Virus record (IMG/VR): IMGVR_UViG_3300042430_001163
Location: 7,498-71,497 of that record
Reading direction: 5' to 3' (one strand)
Length of the DNA: 64,000 nt
Source: a virus
The notes under the pieces were generated by a model. The model was given only the letters and a program-made list of their open reading frames with translations, searched no databases and had not been told where the DNA came from. The position numbers and the translations under genes were made by a program. Position 1 is the stretch's first letter; every line of letters begins with the position of its first letter. This document shows positions 51,156 to 60,765 of this stretch, one piece after another.

Positions 51156-51557
51156 TCATTTTTTAATAAATGATTCAAGATTGGGTGCTACCCAACCCGT
51201 TGGTTTTAAAACTTTACCATCTTCACGTTTACGAACTTTACCAGTTTCTTTATCAATCTTGGCAAAGTTAGTACTCATAACTTCTTTCCAAGCACCTTCT
51301 GCATCACTACCCATACTGTGAATAGCACCAATAGTAACAACTAAAATGTCAATTAAGGCATCTAAAGTTTCAATCTCGTCAACTGGCAAATACTCAATAC
51401 GATCATGATTCTGATTCAAACCTTGTGCTTCTAGCAATTCATTGTATTCTTCCTTGATTAGTTTCAAGTACATTTTAAATTGTGTTTGATTGAAATTTTC
51501 TACTGTTTGATCACAAGCTCTCATAAACTTTTCTTGATCACGAAATACATTTGTCAT
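51156..51557 (-). CDS. MazG-like/PRA-PH family NTP pyrophosphohydrolase
   Basis: LIKEEY.E, LDALIDILVV..G, EV..TN.AK, REDGKVLKP.GW. Confidence 0.85.
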   Translation of the reverse strand: MTNVFRDQEKFMRACDQTVENFNQTQFKMYLKLIKEEYNELLEAQGLNQNHDRIEYLPVDEIETLDALIDILVVTIGAIHSMGSDAEGAWKEVMSTNFAKIDKETGKVRKREDGKVLKPTGWVAPNLESFIKK

Positions 51558-52720
51558 TCTTTTTCCTTTATTAAATCAACTAACATTTTTGATGTTGCTG
51601 GACTTAAAGTCCATCCTAAATGGCCATGTCCAGTATTATAGTAAACATTGGAAGTTTTAGATGTCTTTACTATAGGCATCATGTTAGGTGTCATTGGCCG
51701 TAAACATGCCCAACTTGAGTAATTACTAGTATCTATTTTTGGAAAGTTAGTATGAACCCAATTCAGTAATGGTTCAATTCTATCTCTAACTATATCATAA
51801 TTTTCGTCATTAAGTTCCGCAGTTCCAGCAACACGAAACCGATTACCTAACGTACTAGAAACAATCTTTGCCTGATCATCTAACAAACTAACACGAGGAA
51901 CATATTTCATATCTTCATCTGATACATCAATTGTAATACTATATCCCTTGACTGGATAGATTGGGATTGAATCACCAAACATTTTACCAATTTCTACCGA
52001 ACCAATACCAGCACATACAATCAATAATTCAAAATCTGTACTGAATGTCTGATTAAACTTAAACTCTACATTGTATTTCTCAACGAGAATGTTAGATAGT
52101 TCTACACAAAATTTGTGAATATCACCAGTCCAATCACTCTTAGTAAATACACCACCAATAACATCAGGCAAATTATGCAAGGCAGGATCGATAATAATAG
52201 TTTGATTAGCAGTCAGAATATCCCATTCACAACCATTATCGTTATAAATGTCTTTGGCATTGATTGCACTTTCAAAATACTTTTCATTCTTATAGAAGTG
52301 TAAGATACCACAATAACTCTGATCAAATTCTAATTTCTCTTCGTCAATAATTTGTTGATAAAGTTTACGAGATTCTAAACCAAGTCTAATTGTTTCAATA
52401 GTATTTTTATTATAGTCATTACAAATTGTATGCCACATAAATTTTGATAGCCATTTGATTTTGGCAATACTTGGAGTTGGACGAATTAGTAGTGGAGCAT
52501 CTTTCTTGAACATCCACTTGATGCCTTTGTAAACATTACTCCATGTAGTCCAAACTTCACTATTACTTACACTGACTTGTCCACCATTTGCAAAACTAGT
52601 TTGCATTGCCGGAAAGCGTTCTTGATCTATCACGGTTACTTTATAACCTGATTTTACAAGATAGTACGCGGTCAATACTCCAGTAATACCTGCACCAACA
52701 ACTGTAACTGATTTACTCAT
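51554..52720 (-). CDS. dadA: D-amino acid dehydrogenase
   Basis: GAGITG, TSFANGGQ.S, YPVKGYS, LRPMTP, NTGHGHLGWT. Confidence 0.88.
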   Translation of the reverse strand: MSKSVTVVGAGITGVLTAYYLVKSGYKVTVIDQERFPAMQTSFANGGQVSVSNSEVWTTWSNVYKGIKWMFKKDAPLLIRPTPSIAKIKWLSKFMWHTICNDYNKNTIETIRLGLESRKLYQQIIDEEKLEFDQSYCGILHFYKNEKYFESAINAKDIYNDNGCEWDILTANQTIIIDPALHNLPDVIGGVFTKSDWTGDIHKFCVELSNILVEKYNVEFKFNQTFSTDFELLIVCAGIGSVEIGKMFGDSIPIYPVKGYSITIDVSDEDMKYVPRVSLLDDQAKIVSSTLGNRFRVAGTAELNDENYDIVRDRIEPLLNWVHTNFPKIDTSNYSSWACLRPMTPNMMPIVKTSKTSNVYYNTGHGHLGWTLSPATSKMLVDLIKEKE

Positions 52721-52920
52721 TCTTCAACTCCGTATTCTGTTCTAAGGTCATCTAATGCTTGCCGCACTCGTTCTGCCACGGGACGATACTTAACAGGGTG
52801 AATAGGATTATAGTGCCAATCCATACCTGCCCAAATTCTATCACCATTCAACAACTTATCCATATCAGCCAGTAACTGGAATCTGGGATCAGTCCACATT
52901 TTCTTAACTTGTTCGTTCAT
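52717..52920 (-). CDS. hypothetical protein with MNE start and YGVEE end
   Basis: Carries the recurrent junction motif at both ends. Confidence 0.6.
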   Translation of the reverse strand: MNEQVKKMWTDPRFQLLADMDKLLNGDRIWAGMDWHYNPIHPVKYRPVAERVRQALDDLRTEYGVEE

Positions 52921-53204
52921 CTGTAATCTTCCTTCATCCAGCCTAGTAGTGTTCGTTGTCTTACGTCATATAAGATTCCATAATATACGTGAACATGTGG
53001 TCCAGTAAATTCCAATGGATGTTGAGCGTCATCTAATCTAACATCACCGTGTTCTTTAAGAAACTCAATCAACTCGGAACGTTTTTGAAATACTTTGTAA
53101 TCTCGTTTGGTTTTCACTGCTAGTGATATATTTCCACGTTGAGTGAGATCAAATTCTGGACAACTACGCCAGTGATCATCGTCACAGGGGAAAAATGTAA
53201 TCAT
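52917..53204 (-). CDS. hypothetical protein
   Basis: ATGA-coupled on both sides. Confidence 0.55.
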   Translation of the reverse strand: MITFFPCDDDHWRSCPEFDLTQRGNISLAVKTKRDYKVFQKRSELIEFLKEHGDVRLDDAQHPLEFTGPHVHVYYGILYDVRQRTLLGWMKEDYR

Positions 53205-53452
53205 TCTCGAACTCCGAAATGTTCAGCAATATATTCTTTTGCCGAATTACAACCGTTGGCTTCTTTAATATGATTATGTGATTCATATCCAACAGCCGCA
53301 ACATCACACATACGCATACATTCCTCAATAATCAACTCTGCAAACTTTAATGTCCATAGTCGTTGTTGTTCTTCATGTGATTTATCATAATGTTCATTAC
53401 CAACATAAAAATCACAATGTTCGGCATGATCAGTAATACGCTGTTCGTTCAT
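53201..53452 (-). CDS. MNE...FAELII..C...HFGV family protein
   Basis: KFAELIIEECM...EHFGVRE. Confidence 0.7.
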   Translation of the reverse strand: MNEQRITDHAEHCDFYVGNEHYDKSHEEQQRLWTLKFAELIIEECMRMCDVAAVGYESHNHIKEANGCNSAKEYIAEHFGVRE

Positions 53453-53456
53453 ATTT

Positions 53457-54200
53457 TTACCAATCTGAACTAGAATCTGAACTTGAACCACTATCCCAAC
53501 TATTACTATCACTTACACCAAAATCACTAGATGATGTATATTCCGGTGTAACATTTTTAGTTGATGCACTACTATTATTACCATTAATCAAATGATTTGC
53601 CAACGCTGCACCCGCTACAGCTCCAACACCTACTGCCGCACCTGTTGCCAAACTACCCATGATACCACTACCAGATGTTGCACCACCTGATTGAACTGGC
53701 GCTGATTGAGCATTACTTGGTGAAGGATGAAATGGTGTAATTGGACGATTCATATTATTTGGCATATAATTTGGAGATTGTGGTTCTCTTTTTCTAACAA
53801 TAAGCCAGATGATTAAAATACCACAAATTACAATACCACAAACAATTATAATGTTTTGATTACTAATTGTTTCTGACTTTGGTTTAATTCCTAATGTATT
53901 ACGAACTTTAGCCAATGTATTAGGATCAACATAACTAAATGTAGAATCTAATTTATCTGCACGATAATAAGCATCACGAGCTTCTGAAACACGTTTCATT
54001 GACAATAGTAATTCTGTTTTGACAAAATATGCTTTAGCACTTTTTGGACGAGCCTCAATTACTTGATCAATCATTTTCAATGCTTGTTCTTTATTTGTTT
54101 GAGCAATTTGAAAGATTTCTTTAACTGTTGGTTCAGCCATAATAATATTACAAAATAATACTGATACTGATAATACTAAAATCTGCATAAGTTTTTTCAT
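53457..54200 (-). CDS. exported TPR-repeat membrane protein
   Basis: Signal peptide, TPR-like helices (P.SAKAY), TM, Gly/Ser-rich tail ending DW. Confidence 0.7.
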   Translation of the reverse strand: MKKLMQILVLSVSVLFCNIIMAEPTVKEIFQIAQTNKEQALKMIDQVIEARPKSAKAYFVKTELLLSMKRVSEARDAYYRADKLDSTFSYVDPNTLAKVRNTLGIKPKSETISNQNIIIVCGIVICGILIIWLIVRKREPQSPNYMPNNMNRPITPFHPSPSNAQSAPVQSGGATSGSGIMGSLATGAAVGVGAVAGAALANHLINGNNSSASTKNVTPEYTSSSDFGVSDSNSWDSGSSSDSSSDW

Positions 54201-54201
54201 T

Positions 54202-54357
54202 TTATTCTCCTTGATCTTCACGATCATTAAATTCTTTAATCAATTGTTCTTTGGTTAGTTCCCATTCTGCTGGTGGAATACCATGCCAACCAATACAATA
54301 ACCATCTGGACTACGACCACAACCACATTTTGAAAATCCTTCTACTCTTGGTGTCAT
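54202..54357 (-). CDS. small CDGSH-like Fe-S/Zn protein (51 aa, not in ORF track)
   Basis: GGAG SD; MTPRVEGFSKCGCGRSPDGYCIGWH, three Cys and one His. Confidence 0.6.
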   Translation of the reverse strand: MTPRVEGFSKCGCGRSPDGYCIGWHGIPPAEWELTKEQLIKEFNDREDQGE

Positions 54358-54492
54358 TTACACTCTCCAATTAATTTTATAATTCTAAAAACTTTTTTAA
54401 TAGACCAAAGATAATTCCAACAATAGGAATTATCATAAGTGACATTCCAAATGCAACTAATAAGATTAGAAATATTCCTATTAGTTTTGAAA

Positions 54493-54912
54493 TCATTTTG
54501 TTCTCGCTACAATATCTTTATAACCAGCCCAACTTGGATGAATATTATCTGGTTGTACACTATTAATAGGCAATATTGTATCACCATAATATTGAGCAAG
54601 CTCAGTTACGATTTTTTGAATTTGATCAATTGGTAAATTTTGTGGGGAATTTAGATTGCCGTGTGGAAGAATCCAAAACACATTCTTGGCACCAACACGT
54701 TGACGCATTTCAAACAATTCATCATAAGTTTTTACACCTTTATGATCATTTGTTCCAAGACTGATAATAACAGTATCGGCATAAAATGAACCTTTGTACA
54801 TACGGTTAAATTGCCAACTATTAATACCACCTTTACCCTGTAATTCACATTGTGGAGCAAACATTTTAGTCCCAACGGCAATACTATCACCAATAATTAA
54901 ACATTCTAACAT
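54493..54912 (-). CDS. SGNH/GDSL hydrolase
   Basis: GDS, G, GTND, DNIHP blocks. Confidence 0.85.
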   Translation of the reverse strand: MLECLIIGDSIAVGTKMFAPQCELQGKGGINSWQFNRMYKGSFYADTVIISLGTNDHKGVKTYDELFEMRQRVGAKNVFWILPHGNLNSPQNLPIDQIQKIVTELAQYYGDTILPINSVQPDNIHPSWAGYKDIVARTK

Positions 54913-54990
54913 ATAGACCCAAAAGTTAAGTTAATAGTGATATTATACAGTAATTGATAATTATCGTCAATTAATATGGAAAGATTGATA

Positions 54991-55018
54991 AAATAAAAGC
55001 CCCGAAGGGCTTTTATTT
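54991..55018 (-). terminator. intrinsic terminator with UUCG loop
   Basis: Minus strand AAATAAAAGCCC-TTCG-GGGCTTTTATTT after ompA. Confidence 0.85.
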
Positions 55019-55559
55019 ACTTAATAGTCAGAGTTACCCGTCTATCTGGGGCAAAGCATTTAATCAAACGTTCTTGATTTTTAAGACCTACACATAAATT
55101 ACTACCTTCAGTTGGTTGACTTGAACCAACTCCAGTAGATTCATATAAGGCTTTAACTTTACTATCTAGATATTGAGCTACAGCATCAGAACGAAGACGA
55201 CTTAACCGATCATTATAGGCTTTAGTACCAATTGGATCAGTATGACCAACAACAGAAACTTTATTACTTGTAGTAAGAGTTTTTGCCACTTGATCTAATG
55301 CTAATTTACCTTCAGTAGTAATAACTGAACTATCAAAGGCAAACAATACATCTGATTTTAAAGATTGAACTACTGGCACTACTGGTACTGGATCACAACC
55401 TTTTACGGCATTTGATTCAGTATAACTACCAGAATGTAAACACAATCCAGTTCCAGTTTTTACAATCTTACCACTACTATCCGTTACATAACCCTCTGCT
55501 GCCATACCGACAGACCAGATGGTTAAGTAGGATAACATGATTACTAAAAATGCTTTCAT
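55017..55559 (-). CDS. ompA: OmpA-family peptidoglycan-binding protein
   Basis: DVLFAFD, GHTD.IG...YN..LS..R...V..YL, C..PDRRV. Confidence 0.88.
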   Translation of the reverse strand: MKAFLVIMLSYLTIWSVGMAAEGYVTDSSGKIVKTGTGLCLHSGSYTESNAVKGCDPVPVVPVVQSLKSDVLFAFDSSVITTEGKLALDQVAKTLTTSNKVSVVGHTDPIGTKAYNDRLSRLRSDAVAQYLDSKVKALYESTGVGSSQPTEGSNLCVGLKNQERLIKCFAPDRRVTLTIK

Positions 55560-55573
55560 TGTTATCCTTTAGA

Positions 55574-56722
55574 TTAGAACTGGTGACGAACGCCAGTCAT
55601 CAAAACTGTTGATTTGGCTCCATCAATCATCATGTAGTTATTTGCATAACTAACTGCTGCATAAGCTGTAGTACGCTTACTAAAGCTATAATCATATCCA
55701 ACTGAGTAGATAGATTGAGCTGCACCTACACCTGACAAGTTTCCAACTGGGTTTGCGGCTTGATAAGATGCAAATACTTTACTTGAGGCAGTAACTGGAG
55801 CTGACAAACCAACTAAGTAACTATTAACAGCAAATCCCTCGTTATACAATACGGCACCATTTGTCCAACTTGGATTTAAACCAGAACCGTTCATTGGTTG
55901 TGTACCTGCAATCCAACCATTACGTGTCTGACCATATGCCAAAGATGCTTTTACAACTTGGAAGTCATATGAACCACCAACGATCCACTGTTTAGGAGTT
56001 GGAGCATTGTTACCAGCAACATCTTGTGGCATAACTTGATCATATGTTGCAGTAACAGTTAATGGGCCAGATGCATAGTTAACACCTAAAGTAATAGCAC
56101 GTTGATTGTTGGTTGTTGAATAATTATTTGAACCATCAGTTACAACTACACCATTTGGTGTTACATAAGCACCAGTATTACCTGTGTTAAACGAATAACC
56201 AACGCCGGCTGTGAAACCATTGTAGTTATTTGATTGCCACATAATCATATTGCTATACCGAGCATTGTTGGTTGCGCCAAATGATGAACCCATACCGGCT
56301 TGACCGTAGAAAGTTACAAATGGATCAATTGCTTGAAAATACTTAGATGCCATGTTTGTTTGACGACCAAGTTCTACTAAACCAACTGTAGAATTACGAA
56401 CACCTAATGTGGCTTGTTGATTAAACAAATCTCCAGAATTCGCTAATGATCCATTACTGGCATTAAAGTTACTTGCCAAATTGAAAACAACAGCATTTCC
56501 ATTTCCTAAATCTTCAATACCTTTGATTCCAAAGATTGTTGGACGTGATTGACCTGATGCCATTCCAAGATGACTCTTAGATGTTTCATTAGGTGTGCTA
56601 ACAGTACTATATTGTAGACCTAAGTCAATTAAACCATATAGTGTTACTGAGCTTTGCGCTTGTGCTACTGTTGCGCTTGATGCGAGAATCGCCGCTGCTA
56701 CTAAAGTTTTATTAAATTGCAT
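55574..56722 (-). CDS. Gram-negative trimeric porin (betaproteobacterial type)
   Basis: AQSSVTLYG.ID.G, G.KG.EDLG.G, GRQ, YSFSKRT..Y, C-terminal GVRHQF. Confidence 0.9.
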   Translation of the reverse strand: MQFNKTLVAAAILASSATVAQAQSSVTLYGLIDLGLQYSTVSTPNETSKSHLGMASGQSRPTIFGIKGIEDLGNGNAVVFNLASNFNASNGSLANSGDLFNQQATLGVRNSTVGLVELGRQTNMASKYFQAIDPFVTFYGQAGMGSSFGATNNARYSNMIMWQSNNYNGFTAGVGYSFNTGNTGAYVTPNGVVVTDGSNNYSTTNNQRAITLGVNYASGPLTVTATYDQVMPQDVAGNNAPTPKQWIVGGSYDFQVVKASLAYGQTRNGWIAGTQPMNGSGLNPSWTNGAVLYNEGFAVNSYLVGLSAPVTASSKVFASYQAANPVGNLSGVGAAQSIYSVGYDYSFSKRTTAYAAVSYANNYMMIDGAKSTVLMTGVRHQF

Positions 56723-56830
56723 TACTTCTCCTTGAGATAAAAAACTAACTTACATTATATAACATAATGTATTAAAATACAAACTTTTTGGTATAATGAC
56801 TAATATTTATTATTAGTATCAGTGATTAAA

Positions 56831-57091
56831 TTATTTTAAAGGGATAATACTAACTACATTATCCACTCTAAAACTTCTCCATTCTCGTCTGTCTAAACTC
56901 CATACGCTAATAACATTTGTATTGTGTTCGCGAATTCGTTTATTTTCGGATAGTGATTTTTCGGGTAATGCCTCTGATCTTAATGTACATGGCATTACTC
57001 GTAATTCTCCATCCACCTTTTTGAATGTTACTTCACAATCTGATTGACGTAACAATTCTAAAATCTGTGCATGTGTTAAATTTTCGTTCAT
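56831..57091 (-). CDS. WYL-like/Sm-like SH3 barrel protein
   Basis: VTFKKVDGE.R.M.CTL...VW.LD..EWRSFR. Confidence 0.7.
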   Translation of the reverse strand: MNENLTHAQILELLRQSDCEVTFKKVDGELRVMPCTLRSEALPEKSLSENKRIREHNTNVISVWSLDRREWRSFRVDNVVSIIPLK

Positions 57092-57226
57092 ATGATTATT
57101 CTTTAAGTAAAATTTATTCTGATAATTTGATTGCAATCCAAGAAATTCCAGCAACAATTAATCCTAATGCTGCAAATCCAACAATTGCAAAAATTAGAAA
57201 TGTAATAATATAAATTAATATATTCA

Positions 57227-57538
57227 TTATTCGTCAGTTGGAGGAATTCCGTTACTATGTTTGTTACGTTTTTGTTCTACATCTTGCATAGATCGTTTTT
57301 CTTGTTGTGTACGTTCATCAAAGAACTTACGTGGATTTCCACACATAACACAATTACTATCTCCACATGTCATACCACTTACTTTGTGATAACGATGAGG
57401 ACTAGCATCTGATGGATCATTTGGAATACCATAATCTGGAAATGAATGAACTTTACGAATATTCATTTGTCTATTAATATGATTTTCTTTTTGTTGTTGC
57501 CGTTTACTATGTTTAATTTTATCGTATTCGGTACTCAT
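57227..57538 (-). CDS. conserved hypothetical protein
   Basis: CG...C.MCGNPRK...T.QE. Confidence 0.65.
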   Translation of the reverse strand: MSTEYDKIKHSKRQQQKENHINRQMNIRKVHSFPDYGIPNDPSDASPHRYHKVSGMTCGDSNCVMCGNPRKFFDERTQQEKRSMQDVEQKRNKHSNGIPPTDE

Positions 57539-57546
57539 AACAGATC

Positions 57547-57945
57547 CTATTGTAATAAATTTGGTGATTTATGAAGATTAATTGAACCAAATATTTCTAT
57601 TTCATCATCATCTTCTTTATAATCTTCTAATTCTTGCCAAGAGATTTCAGATATAATATCACCATCCTCATTCCAAATATTTCCATTAGGGTAAACTGAT
57701 ACATTATTTAAAAAACCACTACTAAATAATACTTCAAAATTATTATAGGCTTCTCGTAAACTTTTTCCACCCATATGTGTACATAATATAATACCTTCTG
57801 GTTCTCTAGTATCCGCTATAGTTTTTGGAAATACTTTCCAAAATGTTAACATAAGTGAATAATTATCAGAAGCCCATTTGGTAGCATCTATGGTAACTGC
57901 CTCAAACTCTACGGTATCTAAAACTGGGAATTCTTTAAAGTTCAT
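57547..57945 (-). CDS. hypothetical protein
   Basis: 132-aa ORF with AGGTG SD. Confidence 0.6.
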   Translation of the reverse strand: MNFKEFPVLDTVEFEAVTIDATKWASDNYSLMLTFWKVFPKTIADTREPEGIILCTHMGGKSLREAYNNFEVLFSSGFLNNVSVYPNGNIWNEDGDIISEISWQELEDYKEDDDEIEIFGSINLHKSPNLLQ

Positions 57946-58074
57946 ATTACACCACCTTTTAAGTTCTAGTTTTACTTATTATATACGAATTACGTTATAA
58001 CATCAACTATATTGGACATATAGAGAAATAAAATGTTATTTTTGAATAAATATCATTATAACTATGTGGGAGAA

Positions 58075-58443
58075 ATGTCAATGGAAGAAACAACAGTAGT
58101 AAAAAAAGAAGATTGGATGACATCTAAATGGCGCCCAATGATGGGTTGGATGTATATGACTGTTTGTATATTTGATTTTATTATATTTCCAATATTATGG
58201 TCTTTGATACAGTCTCTTGATCCACAAGGATCGGTTATTACACAATGGCAGCCATTAACACTACAAGGTGCAGGTTTATTTCACATGGCCATGGGTGCTG
58301 TTTTAGGTGTGGCTGCTTATGGTCGTACACAAGAAAAATTGGCAGGAATAAATAATTCTTATTCTTCAGTGTCTACTACTCAACTAGCAATGAACAGAAT
58401 CAATAATTCTGCTCCGCCACCTACTACTCAACCAGTAATTTAA
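58075..58443 (+). CDS. holin
   Basis: KWRPMMGW.Y, TM segments, upstream of endolysin. Confidence 0.7.
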   Translation: MSMEETTVVKKEDWMTSKWRPMMGWMYMTVCIFDFIIFPILWSLIQSLDPQGSVITQWQPLTLQGAGLFHMAMGAVLGVAAYGRTQEKLAGINNSYSSVSTTQLAMNRINNSAPPPTTQPVI

Positions 58444-58561
58444 AATGAAAAATTTATTAACATCATTATTAACCGTATATATCAGTGTATTTTCAGCTAT
58501 GGTTTATGCTGAGAATAATGTGTCAAACAGTTCTACTGAATCAAAGAAATAGGAGATATAA

Positions 58562-59416
58562 ATGAGCGAAGGATTTACATTCAATTTTACACAAAATCAA
58601 TTGGCACAAATGATTCCAGGTAATCAATATGTGGATGAATGGTATAAAGCTTTATGTTATATGTTACCTAAATATGAAATTAATACACCACAACGAGTGG
58701 CTGCTTTTGTGGCACAATGTGCTCATGAAAGTGGTAACTTTAGAACATTAAGAGAAAACTTAAACTATAGTGCTGGAAGTTTGATGAGAGTTTGGCCAAG
58801 TCGTTTCCCTACTCTAGAAATAGCCAATCAATATGCTATGCAACCAGAAAAGATTGGAAATCGTGCCTATGCTGATCGTATGGGTAATGGACCAGAATCA
58901 AGTGGTGATGGTTGGAAATATTCAGGAAAAGGATTGATACAATTAACTGGTAAAGATAACTATAGTCGTTTTGCACAATCAATTAATATGTCTATTGAAC
59001 AGTTGCCAGAATATCTAGTGACATATGAGGGTGCCGTTCAAAGCGCCTGTTGGTTCTGGAACACAAATATTTTAAATCAATTTGCTGATAGTAATGATAT
59101 ATTAACCATGACCAAGCGTATCAATGGTGGCACACATGGTTTGGAAGAAAGACAAAAAAATAATGAACATAATCTTCAAGTATTAGAATCAAATAGTATT
59201 CAAGAAAGCATACCAGTTAATACTAATATAGTATTGCGTCGTGGAAGTCGTGGACCAGAAGTAGCAACAATGCAACTTGCATTAGGATTAACAAATGATG
59301 GTGATTTTGGACCGGCAACAGAACGTGCGCTAATAAAGTGGCAAAGCGAAAATAATCTTGTACCAGATGGTATTGCAGGACCCGCGACATTGAGTAAATT
59401 AATATGTGGGAAATAA
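58562..59416 (+). CDS. GH19 endolysin with C-terminal peptidoglycan-binding domain
   Basis: AQCAHESG, ENLNYS, G.GLIQLTGK.NY, INGG..GL..R; DG.FGPAT, DGIAGP.T. Confidence 0.9.
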   Translation: MSEGFTFNFTQNQLAQMIPGNQYVDEWYKALCYMLPKYEINTPQRVAAFVAQCAHESGNFRTLRENLNYSAGSLMRVWPSRFPTLEIANQYAMQPEKIGNRAYADRMGNGPESSGDGWKYSGKGLIQLTGKDNYSRFAQSINMSIEQLPEYLVTYEGAVQSACWFWNTNILNQFADSNDILTMTKRINGGTHGLEERQKNNEHNLQVLESNSIQESIPVNTNIVLRRGSRGPEVATMQLALGLTNDGDFGPATERALIKWQSENNLVPDGIAGPATLSKLICGK

Positions 59417-59850
59417 TGTGGATATTTTCTCTATTACCAAATTTTGTCTATCATATATTATTGATAGTTGGCATCGCGGCTTTTGCTGGCAGTTATCTTC
59501 TGACGATGATTCCATTCTTTACTCAGAATGCATTTATGATTCGTATTGCCAGTATGATACTTATTATTTTCTGTGTTTGGATGGAAGGGGGTATGGCGGT
59601 TGAATCCAAGTGGAAAGCCCGTGTGGCAGAACTTGAATTGAAAGTTGCAAAAGCAGAAAAAGAAGCAGCAGAAGCCAATGGTAAGATAGAAACAGTTTAT
59701 GTAGATAAAGTTAAAATAGTAAAAGAAATACAGTATGTAGTTCAAGAACGTATTTCTAAAGATGCTGATAAATTAGATAGAACATGTAAAATTGATCCAG
59801 AAGCTATTGAGATACTTAATCAAGCTGCACATACTAAAGTAAAGAAATGA
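59404..59850 (+). CDS. i-spanin (Rz-like)
   Basis: TM segments plus coiled coil in the lysis cassette. Confidence 0.65.
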   Translation: MWEIMWIFSLLPNFVYHILLIVGIAAFAGSYLLTMIPFFTQNAFMIRIASMILIIFCVWMEGGMAVESKWKARVAELELKVAKAEKEAAEANGKIETVYVDKVKIVKEIQYVVQERISKDADKLDRTCKIDPEAIEILNQAAHTKVKK

Positions 59851-60104
59851 AATTAATCACATTATTATTAACTATTTTATTAAGTGGGTGTGTTACACCA
59901 GTGAATAGAAATTTTCCAACAATTCCCGATTCATTAAAAACTAAGTGTGAGAATTTAATTGACGTACCTCAAACTGATAAGTTAAGTGTAGTATTATCAG
60001 TGATAACAAAGAATTATGGTCAGTATCAAGAATGTAGTGTTAAAGTTGATACATGGCAACAGTGGTACAATGAACAAAAACAAATATTTGACTCAGTAAA
60101 ATAA
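59847..60104 (+). CDS. o-spanin lipoprotein (Rz1-like)
   Basis: LSGC lipobox, Pro-rich, follows the i-spanin. Confidence 0.7.
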   Translation: MKLITLLLTILLSGCVTPVNRNFPTIPDSLKTKCENLIDVPQTDKLSVVLSVITKNYGQYQECSVKVDTWQQWYNEQKQIFDSVK

Positions 60105-60120
60105 TCATTCAGTTGATAAA

Positions 60121-60765
60121 TTATCTGTTGTTTAAGGCCTTTTTGTCAAAAACTGGATCACTGAAAACAATGACTGATCCACGCATCATGATATTTTCAT
60201 CATGTAGATCAGGACGAAATCCTGGTCTCATAACAACTTCATATACAATATCTAACGCGGGAATAAAATCAGGATATTTCTTGCAATATTCAATAAATGG
60301 AATAAAGCGTGAACTCCAACTATCACCTCTTCTAGTGATAACTTCACTTGGAGATATTCGTTCAATTGTTGCGACTTCTATTACAGCATTCATTGGTTTT
60401 AACATCATGTATGCATCTTCAGAAATACGAGTTAACTTTTCTGTACGAATAGCCACTACTCCAGGAACAATACGAACCGCTCGTGGACTGACAAAATGTG
60501 GCATATGTGGATTATCTTTGTGTTGAATAGACGCTTTGATCCATTCAATATAGGCAATATCTGTATCAGAAAATACTTTTAGTACATATGATAGTTTATA
60601 ATTGTCCCATACAGTACCAAATGATCCAGAACCTAACGGTCTGAATCCATTGTTAGATAGTACTTTGTGCCATTCTAGACCAAGTGGATACTCAGCAACT
60701 TTACGAGGATTTTGTGGCAAGTCCTTGATTTTATTTTTGATTCCAACTAGTTCTGTGATTTTCAT
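60121..60765 (-). CDS. protein-kinase-like protein
   Basis: LGSGSFGTV, VLKV, DLHDENIM, SDP. Confidence 0.75.
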   Translation of the reverse strand: MKITELVGIKNKIKDLPQNPRKVAEYPLGLEWHKVLSNNGFRPLGSGSFGTVWDNYKLSYVLKVFSDTDIAYIEWIKASIQHKDNPHMPHFVSPRAVRIVPGVVAIRTEKLTRISEDAYMMLKPMNAVIEVATIERISPSEVITRRGDSWSSRFIPFIEYCKKYPDFIPALDIVYEVVMRPGFRPDLHDENIMMRGSVIVFSDPVFDKKALNNR

